Source: Alphaproteobacteria bacterium (GTDB taxonomy: Bacteria; Pseudomonadota; Alphaproteobacteria; MPNO01). Taken from it: a DNA stretch of 64,000 bases. The notes under the pieces are model-generated. The model ran no database searches. It had not been told where the DNA came from and saw only the letters and a program-made list of their open reading frames with translations. Shown one piece after another: positions 21,766-30,580 of the stretch. The DNA is taken from NCBI GenBank assembly GCA_964291675.2, contig OZ219866.1:1216001-1280000 (forward strand), read 5' to 3'. Position numbers and translations under genes: made by a program. Numbering within the stretch: the first letter of the stretch is position 1; every line of letters starts with the position of its first letter.

Positions 21766-22075
21766 CGCGCTCCTCTCCGCTAACGGTTCCGTCATCGGGG
21801 GAGCTATGTCGAAAACCTTGGCCGACGAGAAGCTCGTGAAGTGCGGCGAGGGCGGCCGGGGAGGCACGCGGCGCGCCGATCTCCATGCCGGCGCATGACG
21901 CAGGATCAAGCATCCAGGCGGGTATCTTGATGATCAGCCCCGGCTCTACCTCGACGGAGGCCATGAGGCCGTCTGCACGCTGTTCGATAACTTCAGGGCG
22001 TACTCGCCGACCGAACAGTGCGTGCCAGCGGTAGTGGATGACGCAATCCTGCCCGATATGGGCAGAATGAATGCG
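21596..22075 (-). CDS. Accessory protein body whose 5' end (ATG at 19512) lies at the opposite end of the element; 166 aa in the circular form
   Basis: Open from the right att junction (RIHSAHIGQDCVIHYRWHALFG...IPAWMLD) to a TGA overlapping the LSR ATG; no start codon upstream of the junction in the integrated state. Confidence 0.7.
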   Translation of the reverse strand, partial: RIHSAHIGQDCVIHYRWHALFGRRVRPEVIEQRADGLMASVEVEPGLIIKIPAWMLDPASCAGMEIGAPRASPAALAALHELLVGQGFRHSSPDDGTVSGEERDEVFACNSATAERTPTARHAARRTDAARSELGGTRRGGERSGRVASGSGDRPGEGG

Positions 22076-22389
22076 CGATCGCCTTGGGCCGGAAGAACTA
22101 TCTCTTCATGGGCTCAGCCAGCGGCGGCCGGGCCGCCGCCATCGCCTACACCTTGATCGAGACCGCAAGGCTCAACCACGTCGACCCGCAGGCTTGGCTT
22201 GCCCAGGTTCTCGAGCGCATCCCCGACTACAAGATCAACCGCGTCGAAGAACTGCTGCCCTGGAACTGAACGCCGACCGCAGATCAGGGCCAAATCGCCT
22301 GAACGCCCAGGGCGGCTCCGCCCAACGCTTACTCTCAGCCGCCTATATTCGATCCGAAGATGGGTGGACAGACTTCGGGAGCACTGCCC

Positions 22390-23712
22390 GTGGCTAATAC
22401 AATGAAACTATGGCAGCCGGACAAGCAACAATTAGTGCCCAAGGATGCACGAACGGCAAAGTCCATTGCTAAGTGCGCTAGGCAACTTTCCCAGCGAGAC
22501 AAGGGACAGATCGTATCAGCATTCAAGTCCGGCCACTACGATATGGGGATCAATTTCCTCTGGCTTAGAACTATCGCAGCGCTGAAACGGGAATTGGCGA
22601 CCGTAGGGATAGGACTGTTAGGAGAAATGCTTGGGCGAGTTGGGGTAAATGAAGACGACGATATCGAGGATCTTCTAACGCCACGTGAAACGATTCGCTT
22701 GGCTGGGGAATTAGGCGCCATCTCTCAGACCGAAGCTATGCGATTGCGACAGACGCATGAATTGGTTGTCCATTTTAACCAACTCTCTTTTGAGGAGGAT
22801 CCACTCGAAGAAATCAACGAATCGGAAGCAATCACATCCCTTAGGGCATGTGTTTCAGCGGTGCTCGCGAAGCCAAAAATAGAGGTCGCTAAGACTTTTG
22901 TTGAATTCAGGGAATCTCTAGAGACCGAGGCATTTGGGTCGGATGAAGAAAAGATCAATTTGCTAGTGGGTTCTCCATACTTCTTTTGGAAGTTAACCAT
23001 CGACATCCTGATGAACTCCGCAAAGGATTCGTCCGGCGTTAAGTTGGAACATTGCTTGGCTAATTTAAACGTTATATTGCCTAAGTTGTGGCCAAATTTG
23101 AAAGATGCCGAGAAGTGGCGCGTCGGACGCACGTATGCTGAAGTGCATTCAGAAGGAAAGTCAACTTCATCGAGCGGCCTAAAGCAGGCTCTCATGAAGG
23201 TGCAGGGATTTGACTTTGTGCCTGAGAACCTTCGCAGTGATACCTTTGTCAAAGCCGCTGAGGCAGTGGTGCGTGCCCATGACGGAATGAATAATTTCTA
23301 TAATGAAGGCGCACCAGTTAGAAATCTTGCCCAACTCGGAACTTCAATTCCGCCGCCCGCTTTGCCAGCATGTATGACGGCGTTGTTGGCAGTATACGTC
23401 GGAAATCAATATGGTTATTCTTTCGAAGCAGCTCCCGTGGCAGAGAGGATGCTGTCTGGGATTAGTGATGATAGGTGGCGCTATTATTTGAACCAAGTGT
23501 TGCCCAACGATACTAGGATACTCAATAAACTAGCATTGCATTCCAAGCCGCGCGGGCGATGGATGGATTTAGTTGATCGGAATGCCCTTGGCGAATGCCG
23601 AGTTAATGACCGTCGGGTGGGTAAGATGCTCGATGCTGCAGGGCAAAAGAACGAGAACGAGATTGGTCAGACCGCGAAAAAACTCTTGGGACGATATTAC
23701 AAAAAAGCGTGA
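22390..23712 (+). CDS. Hypothetical helical protein, possibly HEPN/DUF4145-like N-terminus
   Basis: About 440-aa AT-richer ORF; GGGAG RBS then GTG overlapping the DAC-like stop; SAFKSGHYDMGINFLW...LKREL and RLRQTHELVVH motifs. Confidence 0.75.
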   Translation: MANTMKLWQPDKQQLVPKDARTAKSIAKCARQLSQRDKGQIVSAFKSGHYDMGINFLWLRTIAALKRELATVGIGLLGEMLGRVGVNEDDDIEDLLTPRETIRLAGELGAISQTEAMRLRQTHELVVHFNQLSFEEDPLEEINESEAITSLRACVSAVLAKPKIEVAKTFVEFRESLETEAFGSDEEKINLLVGSPYFFWKLTIDILMNSAKDSSGVKLEHCLANLNVILPKLWPNLKDAEKWRVGRTYAEVHSEGKSTSSSGLKQALMKVQGFDFVPENLRSDTFVKAAEAVVRAHDGMNNFYNEGAPVRNLAQLGTSIPPPALPACMTALLAVYVGNQYGYSFEAAPVAERMLSGISDDRWRYYLNQVLPNDTRILNKLALHSKPRGRWMDLVDRNALGECRVNDRRVGKMLDAAGQKNENEIGQTAKKLLGRYYKKA

Positions 23713-24096
23713 TTCCAATTGGCGGAGTGAGGCCCGAGATTGGCGTTCCGGACCGACTCCACTACCACCGGCTTCGCGTTGGTGGACACTTCAGGCACGG
23801 AACAGCGTTCGGCGAACACTTCGCAATCGAGGTTAACGCCGACCACTCATTGGCACTCAGCGAAGGGGCCTTTTTCTTCATCACGCTTCGCGCGACGTGG
23901 CAGGCGTATCTGAACGCCTTGACGCTGGTGCCGGGCGGACCGGCTACGATGTGGCGGCCCGCAGTTCAAGCGCAATGGAACAGGCGGCGCCGCCCCGGGC
24001 GCGGCATATCGCCGCGTGCGGCCGATTGCGCATTCCCGGGCTGTGCGAACGAGCCATTGTCACGGCGACCGACCGCCAACGGGAGCCGTAGCGACG

Positions 24097-24603
24097 ATGG
24101 AAGTCTTCACTGTTCTTGCCGGGGCAGGCGACTGCTTCATCCGCCACAGCGTGACGGCGTTCCGGCCGTCCGCCGCGCCGCCGCGCCGCGCCTGCCCGGC
24201 CGGGCGCGCCGGCGACACGATCCTGGGCCTGGCCTTCGTCGCCGGCGGCGGCGGGGTGCGGGTGGCGGGCCGCGAGATCCGCATCGCCGGGCTCGATGCG
24301 CCGGGAGGCGACCGGCTCGACCTCGGAAGGCGGGCGATCGGCGCGCTGATGCGCGAGATCGGCGGCAAGCCCGTCCGCGCCGCGGTCGAGGGCAGGGACC
24401 GGCACGGCCGCCTGCTCGCCAGCGTGAGCCGCGACGGCCGGGACATCGGCGAATGGCTGGTCCGGGAAGGCCACGCGCGCGCCGCCCGCGGCGGCCGCTA
24501 TGCGCGCGCCGAGCGGGAGGCGCGGGAAGCCGGGCGCGGCATGTGGGCGGACGCCCGCGATATCGACCCCGGGGACCGCTGCCGCCGCAAGGGGAGCGGC
24601 TGA
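24097..24603 (+). CDS. Thermonuclease (SNase)-like protein, degenerate active site
   Basis: IRIAGLDAP, DRHGRLLA, LVREGHA, RGMW; DGDT and DAPE acidic residues missing. Confidence 0.7.
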   Translation: MEVFTVLAGAGDCFIRHSVTAFRPSAAPPRRACPAGRAGDTILGLAFVAGGGGVRVAGREIRIAGLDAPGGDRLDLGRRAIGALMREIGGKPVRAAVEGRDRHGRLLASVSRDGRDIGEWLVREGHARAARGGRYARAEREAREAGRGMWADARDIDPGDRCRRKGSG

Positions 24604-24616
24604 GCCCGGCGTTGCC

Positions 24617-24901
24617 TCAAACCAGGTCGCCCGGCTCCACCTCCAGCGCCCGCGCGATCGCGGCGATGGTGCCGAGCGACCCCGCCCGCTTGCCGGTCTC
24701 GATCTGCGACAGGTAGACGAGGTTGATGCCGGCGGCCCCGGCCAGCCGCCTCTGGGTCATGCCGCGATAGAGGCGGTACGCCCGGATCGGGCTCTCGCCG
24801 GCCAACAGGCGGTCGGCGATCTCGGCCGGGAACAGCTCGCCGCCCTTGGCCCTGGCGCGGTCGTAGAGCGCCTCGTCGGGAATGACGTGTCCTGTCGTCA
24901 T
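24617..24901 (-). CDS. XRE-family HTH protein (HigA-like, orphan)
   Basis: [30 protein letters not shown]. Confidence 0.85.
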   Translation of the reverse strand: MTTGHVIPDEALYDRARAKGGELFPAEIADRLLAGESPIRAYRLYRGMTQRRLAGAAGINLVYLSQIETGKRAGSLGTIAAIARALEVEPGDLV

Positions 24902-25320
24902 GGCGAACTCCTCGCTTGCCGCTCGCCCGCCCCTCCGTTTCGTCGCGGTCGGCCCCCGCCGGCCATGACGGGGAGGGCGACCTGTTCCAGCACTACCGCC
25001 GTGCCGCTGGCGCACACGATGAGCATGCTCCCCTGGCCCCCGAGCAACTCGTCGTCGAGGTCGACGCCGACGACGGCGTTGGCGCCGCGTGCGGTAGCCT
25101 CGTCGGTCATCTCGCGGAGTGCCGCGTCGCACGCCCTCCTGAACACTTTCTCGTAGGCACGCGACTGGCCGCCGACCAAGACACGCAGCCCGGCGGAGAA
25201 GTCGCGGAATACGTTGGCGCCCATCACCGCCTCGCCGGAGACGACGCCGACATAGGCGACGATGCGCTCACCCTCCAGGGTCGGCGTGGTGGAGACGATC
25301 ACGCGGCTGCCCCCTGCCAT
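24898..25320 (-). CDS. YbjQ/UPF0145 family protein
   Basis: VSTTPTLEG...[12 protein letters not shown]...GANAVVGV...SGTAV. Confidence 0.9.
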   Translation of the reverse strand: MAGGSRVIVSTTPTLEGERIVAYVGVVSGEAVMGANVFRDFSAGLRVLVGGQSRAYEKVFRRACDAALREMTDEATARGANAVVGVDLDDELLGGQGSMLIVCASGTAVVLEQVALPVMAGGGRPRRNGGAGERQARSSP

Positions 25321-25408
25321 ATCCGAATGGATATATCAGTTGGAGGGCGTCCTTCGATAGGGGCTTATACCGAATACTTGACGGGCGGGACGCCAACGAC
25401 ACTTCTTC

Positions 25409-25519
25409 CGTCATGCCCGGACTTGATCCGGCCACCCACCGGCGCCGCCACGCCTCCCCACGGCCCGCCGTGCGCGCCGATAGGCCGCATGGGTGCCCGG
25501 ATCAAGTCCGGGCATGACG
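25409..25519. repeat. REPIN/MITE-like palindromic element (family 1)
   Basis: Inverted pair CGTCATGCCCGGACTTGATCCGG...CCGGATCAAGTCCGGGCATGACG; related copies at 41743-42090. Confidence 0.85.
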
Positions 25520-25709
25520 AGGGGGGTGCATGACGGGGGAAAGAGCATGGGACGCGTGGGGTGCGGTTGCGCATGACCGGGGGTGCATGACGAGGTGGGG
25601 AAGCATGGCGAGCGTTCCGACGTTCGGGCGCGACGCCGGGGATCGCCGGCGGGCGCGCCGCCCCCCGTGACGCCCGGCCCCCACTCCGTCAAGTCATCTG
25701 GATAAGCCC

Positions 25710-25915
25710 CCTTCGATACGCCCCGAATGGAGTCCGCGGCCGCTCAGGAGGAGGGTGCGGATTGCGATCCACGACAAGCCTCCTCACGGGCAGCCCCCGA
25801 AGCGCCTGCCCTGAGCCTGTCGACGGGGGGTCGCCTCGCCCAGCGCCCTAGCAATGGCGCCGCGCGCGGGGAGCCGGTCCTTCGACAGGCGGCTTCGCCG
25901 CTACTCAGGATGAGG
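25710..25915. repeat. Intergenic repeat family 2 (CCTTCGA...CTCAGGATGAGG), two copies
   Basis: Related copies near 42125-42167 and 56760-56795. Confidence 0.65.
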
Positions 25916-26047
25916 CTGTGGGGTGCGCGCGGGCCGGGAAATTACCCTCTGGGTTGCCCGCCGGAGGCGGGCGCATCTGAGGACGCCCTTGTTCGCGTCC
26001 CCGCCCGTCGCCATGTTGGGCGCACCCCCGTTGAGGAGGCGCGAGCC

Positions 26048-27031
26048 ATGCTGCCCGACCTCGCGGCGATCGAAGCGGCGGCGGAGATCGTCCATGCCGC
26101 GATGCCGCCGACGCCGGCGCATTGCTGGCCGCTGCTGTCCGCGCGGACCGGGGCGGAGGTCTGGGTCAAGCACGAGAACCACACCCCGATCGGCGCCTTC
26201 AAGATCCGCGGCGGGCTGGTCTACATGGACCGGCTGTGCCGCGAGAAGCCGGACGCCGCCGGCGCGATCGCCGCGACCAGGGGCAATTTCGGCCAGAGCG
26301 TCGCGGTGGCCGCCCGCCTCAAGGGGCTGAAGGCGGTGGTCGTGGTGCCGCGCGGCAACAGCCGCGAGAAGAACGCCGCGATGGCGGCGCAGGGGGCGGA
26401 GCTCGTGGTCCACGGCGCGGACTTCCAGGACTCGCTCGAACACGCGCAATCCCTCGCCGCGGCGCGCGCGCTGCACATGGTCCCCTCCTTCGACGCGACC
26501 CTGGTGCAGGGGACGGCGACCTACGCGCTGGAGCTGTTCCGCGCCGTCGCCGACCTCGATGCGGTCTACGTGCCGATCGGGCTGGGCTCGGGCATCTGCG
26601 GGGTGATCGCGGCGCGGGACGCGCTCGGGCTCGGGACCGAGATCGTCGGCGTCTGCGCCCAGCGCGCGGCGGCCTACGCGCTCTCCTTCGAGGCCGGGCG
26701 CCCGGTCGCCACCAACGCCGCCGACACCATGGCCGACGGCATGGCCTGCCGGGTGCCGGACGCCGATGCGGTCGCCATCGTCAACGCCGGCGCGGCGCGG
26801 GTGGTCGCGGTCGGCGAGGACGAGATCGAGGCGGCGATGCGCGCTTACTACTCCGACACCCACAACATCGCCGAGGGCGCCGGCGCCGCCCCGCTCGCCG
26901 CGCTGATGCGGGAGCGCGAGGCGATGCAAGGCCGCAAGGTGGCGCTGATCCTCACCGGCGGCAATATCGACCGCGAGGTGTATCTCCGGGTGCTGGGCGG
27001 GGAGGCGGGCTTGCAGAGCGGTCCCGATTGA
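26048..27031 (+). CDS. PLP-dependent threonine/serine dehydratase family protein
   Basis: KHENHTPIGAFKIRGG, ATRGN, PIGLGSG, TGGNID. Confidence 0.92.
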   Translation: MLPDLAAIEAAAEIVHAAMPPTPAHCWPLLSARTGAEVWVKHENHTPIGAFKIRGGLVYMDRLCREKPDAAGAIAATRGNFGQSVAVAARLKGLKAVVVVPRGNSREKNAAMAAQGAELVVHGADFQDSLEHAQSLAAARALHMVPSFDATLVQGTATYALELFRAVADLDAVYVPIGLGSGICGVIAARDALGLGTEIVGVCAQRAAAYALSFEAGRPVATNAADTMADGMACRVPDADAVAIVNAGAARVVAVGEDEIEAAMRAYYSDTHNIAEGAGAAPLAALMREREAMQGRKVALILTGGNIDREVYLRVLGGEAGLQSGPD

Positions 27032-27078
27032 CTTAGTTTATACGCCTTAGTCCAACTCCGCGAAAAGAGCACGGTCCC

Positions 27079-27318
27079 ATGCGCACCGTCAACATGCACG
27101 AAGCCAAGACCCACCTGTCGCGCCTCGTCGAGGCGGCGGCAAGGGGCGAGCCCTTCATCATCGCGCGCGCGGGCAAGCCGCTCGTCAAGGTCGTCGCGCT
27201 GGATGCGCCGGAGGCGCGGCACCGGATCGGCTTCCTGGCGGGGCAGGTCTCCGTACCGGACGATTTCGACAGCATGGGCGCGGACGAGATCCGGACCATG
27301 TTCTCGGGCGACGCGTGA
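27079..27318 (+). CDS. Phd/YefM-family antitoxin
   Basis: VNMHEAKTHLSRLVE...IIARAGKP. Confidence 0.93.
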   Translation: MRTVNMHEAKTHLSRLVEAAARGEPFIIARAGKPLVKVVALDAPEARHRIGFLAGQVSVPDDFDSMGADEIRTMFSGDA

Positions 27319-27701
27319 AGCTGCTGCTCGACACCCATCTGCTGCTCTGGGCGGCGGGCGGGTCGGCGAAGCTTCCCGGCGAGGCGCGCGACCTGATCCT
27401 GGAGCCGGGAACCGAGCCGGTGGCGAGCGCGGCGTCGCTCTGGGAGGTCGCGATCAAGAACAAGCTGGGGCGCGCCGATTTCCGGTTCGACCCGCATCTC
27501 CTGCGCCGCGGCCTCGCGGACAACGGTTATACCGAGCTGCCGGTGACCGGGGCGCATGCGGTCGAAGCGGGCCTGCTGCCGCCGCTTCACCGCGATCCCT
27601 TCGACCGCATGCTGATCGCCCAGGCACGAATCGAGAGCATTCTGCTGTTGACCGCCGACAGGACGCTGGCGCGCTATTCCGGGCCGATCCGCGTACTGTG
27701 A
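27315..27701 (+). CDS. vapC: VapC PIN-domain toxin
   Basis: LLLDTH, SLWEVAIK, HRDPFDRMLIAQA, TAD; GTGA overlap with antitoxin. Confidence 0.93.
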   Translation: MKLLLDTHLLLWAAGGSAKLPGEARDLILEPGTEPVASAASLWEVAIKNKLGRADFRFDPHLLRRGLADNGYTELPVTGAHAVEAGLLPPLHRDPFDRMLIAQARIESILLLTADRTLARYSGPIRVL

Positions 27702-27715
27702 GCGGCCCCGCCCGC

Positions 27716-28216
27716 TCACAGCGGGATGACGATCAGCGTGTCGATCACCTCGGCGTCGCAGACCACGATGCGCTCGGCGTAGCGCAGCTCGGCGGCGGCC
27801 TCGACCACGACGTCGAGATAGCGCCCGGTGCAGAACAGCGCCGTCGCCTGCATCTGCATGGTGCGGTAGACCGCGAAATTGGTTCGCACGGTCCAGCTTC
27901 CGGGGCGGGCGAGGGTGACGGTCGGCGGGTCGACCAGATGGCGGTAACGGTGCGGCTCGAACACGTTGGCCTCGCGCAGCGCCTTGATCCGGTCCGCCAT
28001 CATGCCGTGCCCCTCGCACAGCATCAGCCCGACCGGCATTCCGGCTGCGTGGTTGGCGCGCGTGGTGATGCGATAGACCCCGGTCTCGGCGAAGAAGCCC
28101 GGCCACTCCTCCAGCGCGTCCTCGTCGATCGCATGCGCGTAGGCGCGGTTGAGCGCGTCGATCCGGCGGAGCAGCGCGGGATCGGCATCGGTCATGGCGG
28201 GGAGTGGCGGGGTCAC
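27716..28216 (-). CDS. Aromatic ring-hydroxylating dioxygenase beta subunit (orphan)
   Basis: YAHAIDEDALEEWPGFF, GRYLD, C-terminal LIVIPL. Confidence 0.85.
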   Translation of the reverse strand: MTPPLPAMTDADPALLRRIDALNRAYAHAIDEDALEEWPGFFAETGVYRITTRANHAAGMPVGLMLCEGHGMMADRIKALREANVFEPHRYRHLVDPPTVTLARPGSWTVRTNFAVYRTMQMQATALFCTGRYLDVVVEAAAELRYAERIVVCDAEVIDTLIVIPL

Positions 28217-28358
28217 GCGGTCCCTCCGTTGCGGACCGGCGCACTAAACCACCTGAGCCGCGCCGCCGGAAGGGGCGGGAGACAGGCGGCCGGCCGTCGC
28301 CTAGGCTGGCGCGAGAGGCCCGGAACAAGTCCGGGCGGGACGACCGAAGGAGGCCGGG

Positions 28359-28655
28359 ATGAGCGCCGTCGTTTTACTCGTCGAGCTGAAGATCGCCGAG
28401 GGTCAGTGGGATGCCTTCATCGCCCGCGTCAGACAGCATCGCGCGCTGGTGCTGGAGAACGAGCCCGGCTGCCGCTGCTTCGACATCGCGGTCCCGGACG
28501 ACAGCGAGGGCGTGGTGCGCCTGCACGAGGTCTATGACGACCGGGCGGCGGTCGACCACCACATGCAGACCGAATACATGGCCGCGTTCCGCGCGGACAC
28601 CGCGCCGATGGTGGCGGACCGGAATATCGTCACCGCGGCGCTGGCCAACGAGTGA
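28359..28655 (+). CDS. Antibiotic biosynthesis monooxygenase (LsrG-like)
   Basis: EPGCRCFD, LHEVY...HMQT. Confidence 0.85.
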   Translation: MSAVVLLVELKIAEGQWDAFIARVRQHRALVLENEPGCRCFDIAVPDDSEGVVRLHEVYDDRAAVDHHMQTEYMAAFRADTAPMVADRNIVTAALANE

Positions 28656-28667
28656 GGCCCGGAGCGG

Positions 28668-29648
28668 CTAGCGCGCGGCGCGGCGGATGTCCCGCGGCGT
28701 CGCGCCGAACCGCGCCCTGAAGCTGCGGTTGAACCAGGAGAGGTCGGAGAAGCCGCTGCGGAAGGCGATCTCGGCGATCGGCGTCCGCGCCCGCTCGGGC
28801 GCCGCAAGCTCGGCCGCGACCCGCTCCAGCCGGCGCTTGAGCACGTGGCGGGAGAAGCTCTCGCCGGTCGGCTCGAACAGCTTGTGCAAATAGCGCTTGG
28901 AGATGGCGAACCGCGCCGCGACCGAGCCGACCGAGAGCCCGGGATCGTCGAGCCGGCTCTCGACATGCTCCAGCACGGCGGCGAGCAGCGCCGGGCGCGC
29001 GCTGCCGGGATCGACGCCGCCGCGCCGCGCCGAGGCGCCGGCCGCGAGCCGCACCAGGCTGTCGAGCAGCAGCCCGCCCTCCCCGTCGTCGAGCGCCCGC
29101 GCGCCCCGGTTCAGCGTCCGCGCGGCCGCCCCGATCAGCGGCCCGAGGAAGGGATGGTCCGACACCCGGCAGATCGGCGGCGCCGCGCCGCCGGGCAGCG
29201 CCTGCTCGACCAGGCCGCGCGGCAGCCAGAACGAGGCGACGCTCATGTCCGCGTCCGGCGGGTGGAAGATGCGGAACGCCACGTCGCTCGCGAACAGCGC
29301 GACCTGGCCCGGCGCGAGGCGCACCGAGCGTCCGCGCTGCTCGATGACGCATTCGGATGCGAGCTGGAGGTTGAGGAAGTAGCACTGCTCGGAGGACCGG
29401 CCGATCTGCGCCCGCGTGCGGCGCACGTGATGCGGCGTGCCCGAGACGCGGTTGACCGCGCCGTCTACGAGAGGGATCGATTCCACGACGGCGTCGAACG
29501 GGCCGGGGCGGTCGTGCTCGGGCGAGAGGTCCATGAAGGCCTCGCACACCGCCTCGCGGAAATAGGCGTAGCGCTCGGGCTCGGCGACATCGGCGGTGCG
29601 CCAGACGCCGTATCGCCGCCCGCCCGGGCGGGGTGTCTCGCCGGCCAT
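28668..29648 (-). CDS. AraC-family regulator (FeaR-like)
   Basis: ISKRYLHKLF, IAEIAFRSGFSDLSWFNRSFRARFGATP. Confidence 0.93.
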   Translation of the reverse strand: MAGETPRPGGRRYGVWRTADVAEPERYAYFREAVCEAFMDLSPEHDRPGPFDAVVESIPLVDGAVNRVSGTPHHVRRTRAQIGRSSEQCYFLNLQLASECVIEQRGRSVRLAPGQVALFASDVAFRIFHPPDADMSVASFWLPRGLVEQALPGGAAPPICRVSDHPFLGPLIGAAARTLNRGARALDDGEGGLLLDSLVRLAAGASARRGGVDPGSARPALLAAVLEHVESRLDDPGLSVGSVAARFAISKRYLHKLFEPTGESFSRHVLKRRLERVAAELAAPERARTPIAEIAFRSGFSDLSWFNRSFRARFGATPRDIRRAAR

Positions 29649-29776
29649 GGCCGTTCCCTAGAATCCCGTTCCGGTTCGCTATGGACCGAGAAAGCGGCAC
29701 CGCCGCCACGATAGAACGATCCGGGAAGCGGCGGCAATTCCCGCGTCCCGCCGCGATCCGGACGAAGGAGGCGGAG

Positions 29777-30514
29777 ATGACGACATTCGTGCTGATCCAC
29801 GGCGCCTGGCATCACGGCGCGCTGTGGGAGGAGGTGGCGGGGCCGCTGCGCGCGGCGGGCCACGAGGTCCACACGCCGACGCTCGCCGGCAACGGGCCGG
29901 GCGAGGACGTCGACCGGACGGTGGGCCATGCCGACGCGGTGGCATCCGCCGTCGACTACGTGCTGGGCGCGGATCTGGGCGATTTCGTGCTGCTCGGCCA
30001 TTCCTATGGCGGGACGGTGATCTCGCGCATGGCCGAGGAGCTGCCCGACCGGATCCGGCGGCTGGTCTACTGGAACGCCTTCGTGCTGGAGGACGGCGAG
30101 TCGATCGAGGGCGTAAGCCCGCCGCACTACAAGGGGCTGATGGACGGAATCGCGGCGTCCGGCGCCTACGGGCCGGGCGCGGTCAAGCTCCCCTTCCCGG
30201 TGTGGCGCGAGGCGTTCATGAACGACGCCGACCTCGCGCTCGCCGAGAGGACCTACGAGATGACCACGCCGCATCCGCTCGCGACGCTGACCGATCCCGT
30301 CCCGCTCAAGAGCTTCGCGGCGCTGCAGATCCCCAGATCCTATCTCAACTGCACCGAGGACATCGCGATGCCGCCCGGCGATTTCGCCTGGTGCCCGCGC
30401 TTCCCGGCCAGGCTCGGCCTGTGCCGTCTGGTGCAGATGCCGGGCGGGCACGAGGCGTGCTTCACCAGCCCCGGCCTGCTGGCGCAAAAGATCGTCGAGG
30501 CGGGGCGCGACTGA
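29777..30514 (+). CDS. Alpha/beta hydrolase (salicylate esterase-like)
   Basis: LIHGAWH, GHSYGG, D...GGHE; divergent from the AraC gene. Confidence 0.92.
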   Translation: MTTFVLIHGAWHHGALWEEVAGPLRAAGHEVHTPTLAGNGPGEDVDRTVGHADAVASAVDYVLGADLGDFVLLGHSYGGTVISRMAEELPDRIRRLVYWNAFVLEDGESIEGVSPPHYKGLMDGIAASGAYGPGAVKLPFPVWREAFMNDADLALAERTYEMTTPHPLATLTDPVPLKSFAALQIPRSYLNCTEDIAMPPGDFAWCPRFPARLGLCRLVQMPGGHEACFTSPGLLAQKIVEAGRD

Positions 30515-30580
30515 GCAGGGTCTTGCGGCGGCGGCACCGGGCGGCTAGTCAACGCGGCGACCCACCGCGGAGGATCTGCC

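Larger units (their letters stand above)
19499..22082 (-). mobile_element. Large-serine-recombinase element (2,584 bp) inserted in IS66 tnpC
   Basis: 7-bp direct repeat CGATCGC at 19492-19498 and 22076-22082; 9-bp inverted repeats TCATTCTGC (19509-19517) and GCAGAATGA (22062-22070); precise removal restores tnpC. Confidence 0.92.
18180..22269 (+). pseudogene. tnpC: IS66 DDE transposase TnpC, split (18180-19498 and 22083-22269; 501 aa restored)
   Basis: KYCDHLPLYRQ, ADDT, DGY, ACLAHVRRKF; ...DNNPAERAMRPIA joins in frame to LGRKNYLF...LLPWN. Confidence 0.95.
17293..22332 (+). mobile_element. IS66-family insertion sequence (2,456 bp without the nested element)
   Basis: 24-bp TIRs GTAAGCGTT... 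at 17293-17316 and 22309-22332 (21/24 match); 8-bp TSD TCTCAGCC at 17285-17292 and 22333-22340; tnpA-tnpB-tnpC. Confidence 0.97.
16315..22397 (+). pseudogene. DisA_N/diadenylate-cyclase-like protein interrupted by IS66 (segments 16315-17292 and 22341-22397; about 344 aa restored)
   Basis: Removing the IS and one TSD copy restores ...GKGLSA-AYIRSEDGWTDF...; motifs HGCLLAV, DGITLFD, GGARRRA, SEDG parallel the DAC motifs G-alii, DGA, RHR, SE. Confidence 0.75.

Noticed and set aside
23709-24716. 335-aa ORF as a third gene of the DAC-like cassette
   Set aside because: It runs out of frame over the thermonuclease gene with low-complexity Arg/Pro/Gly sequence; a short real 5' remnant cannot be excluded.
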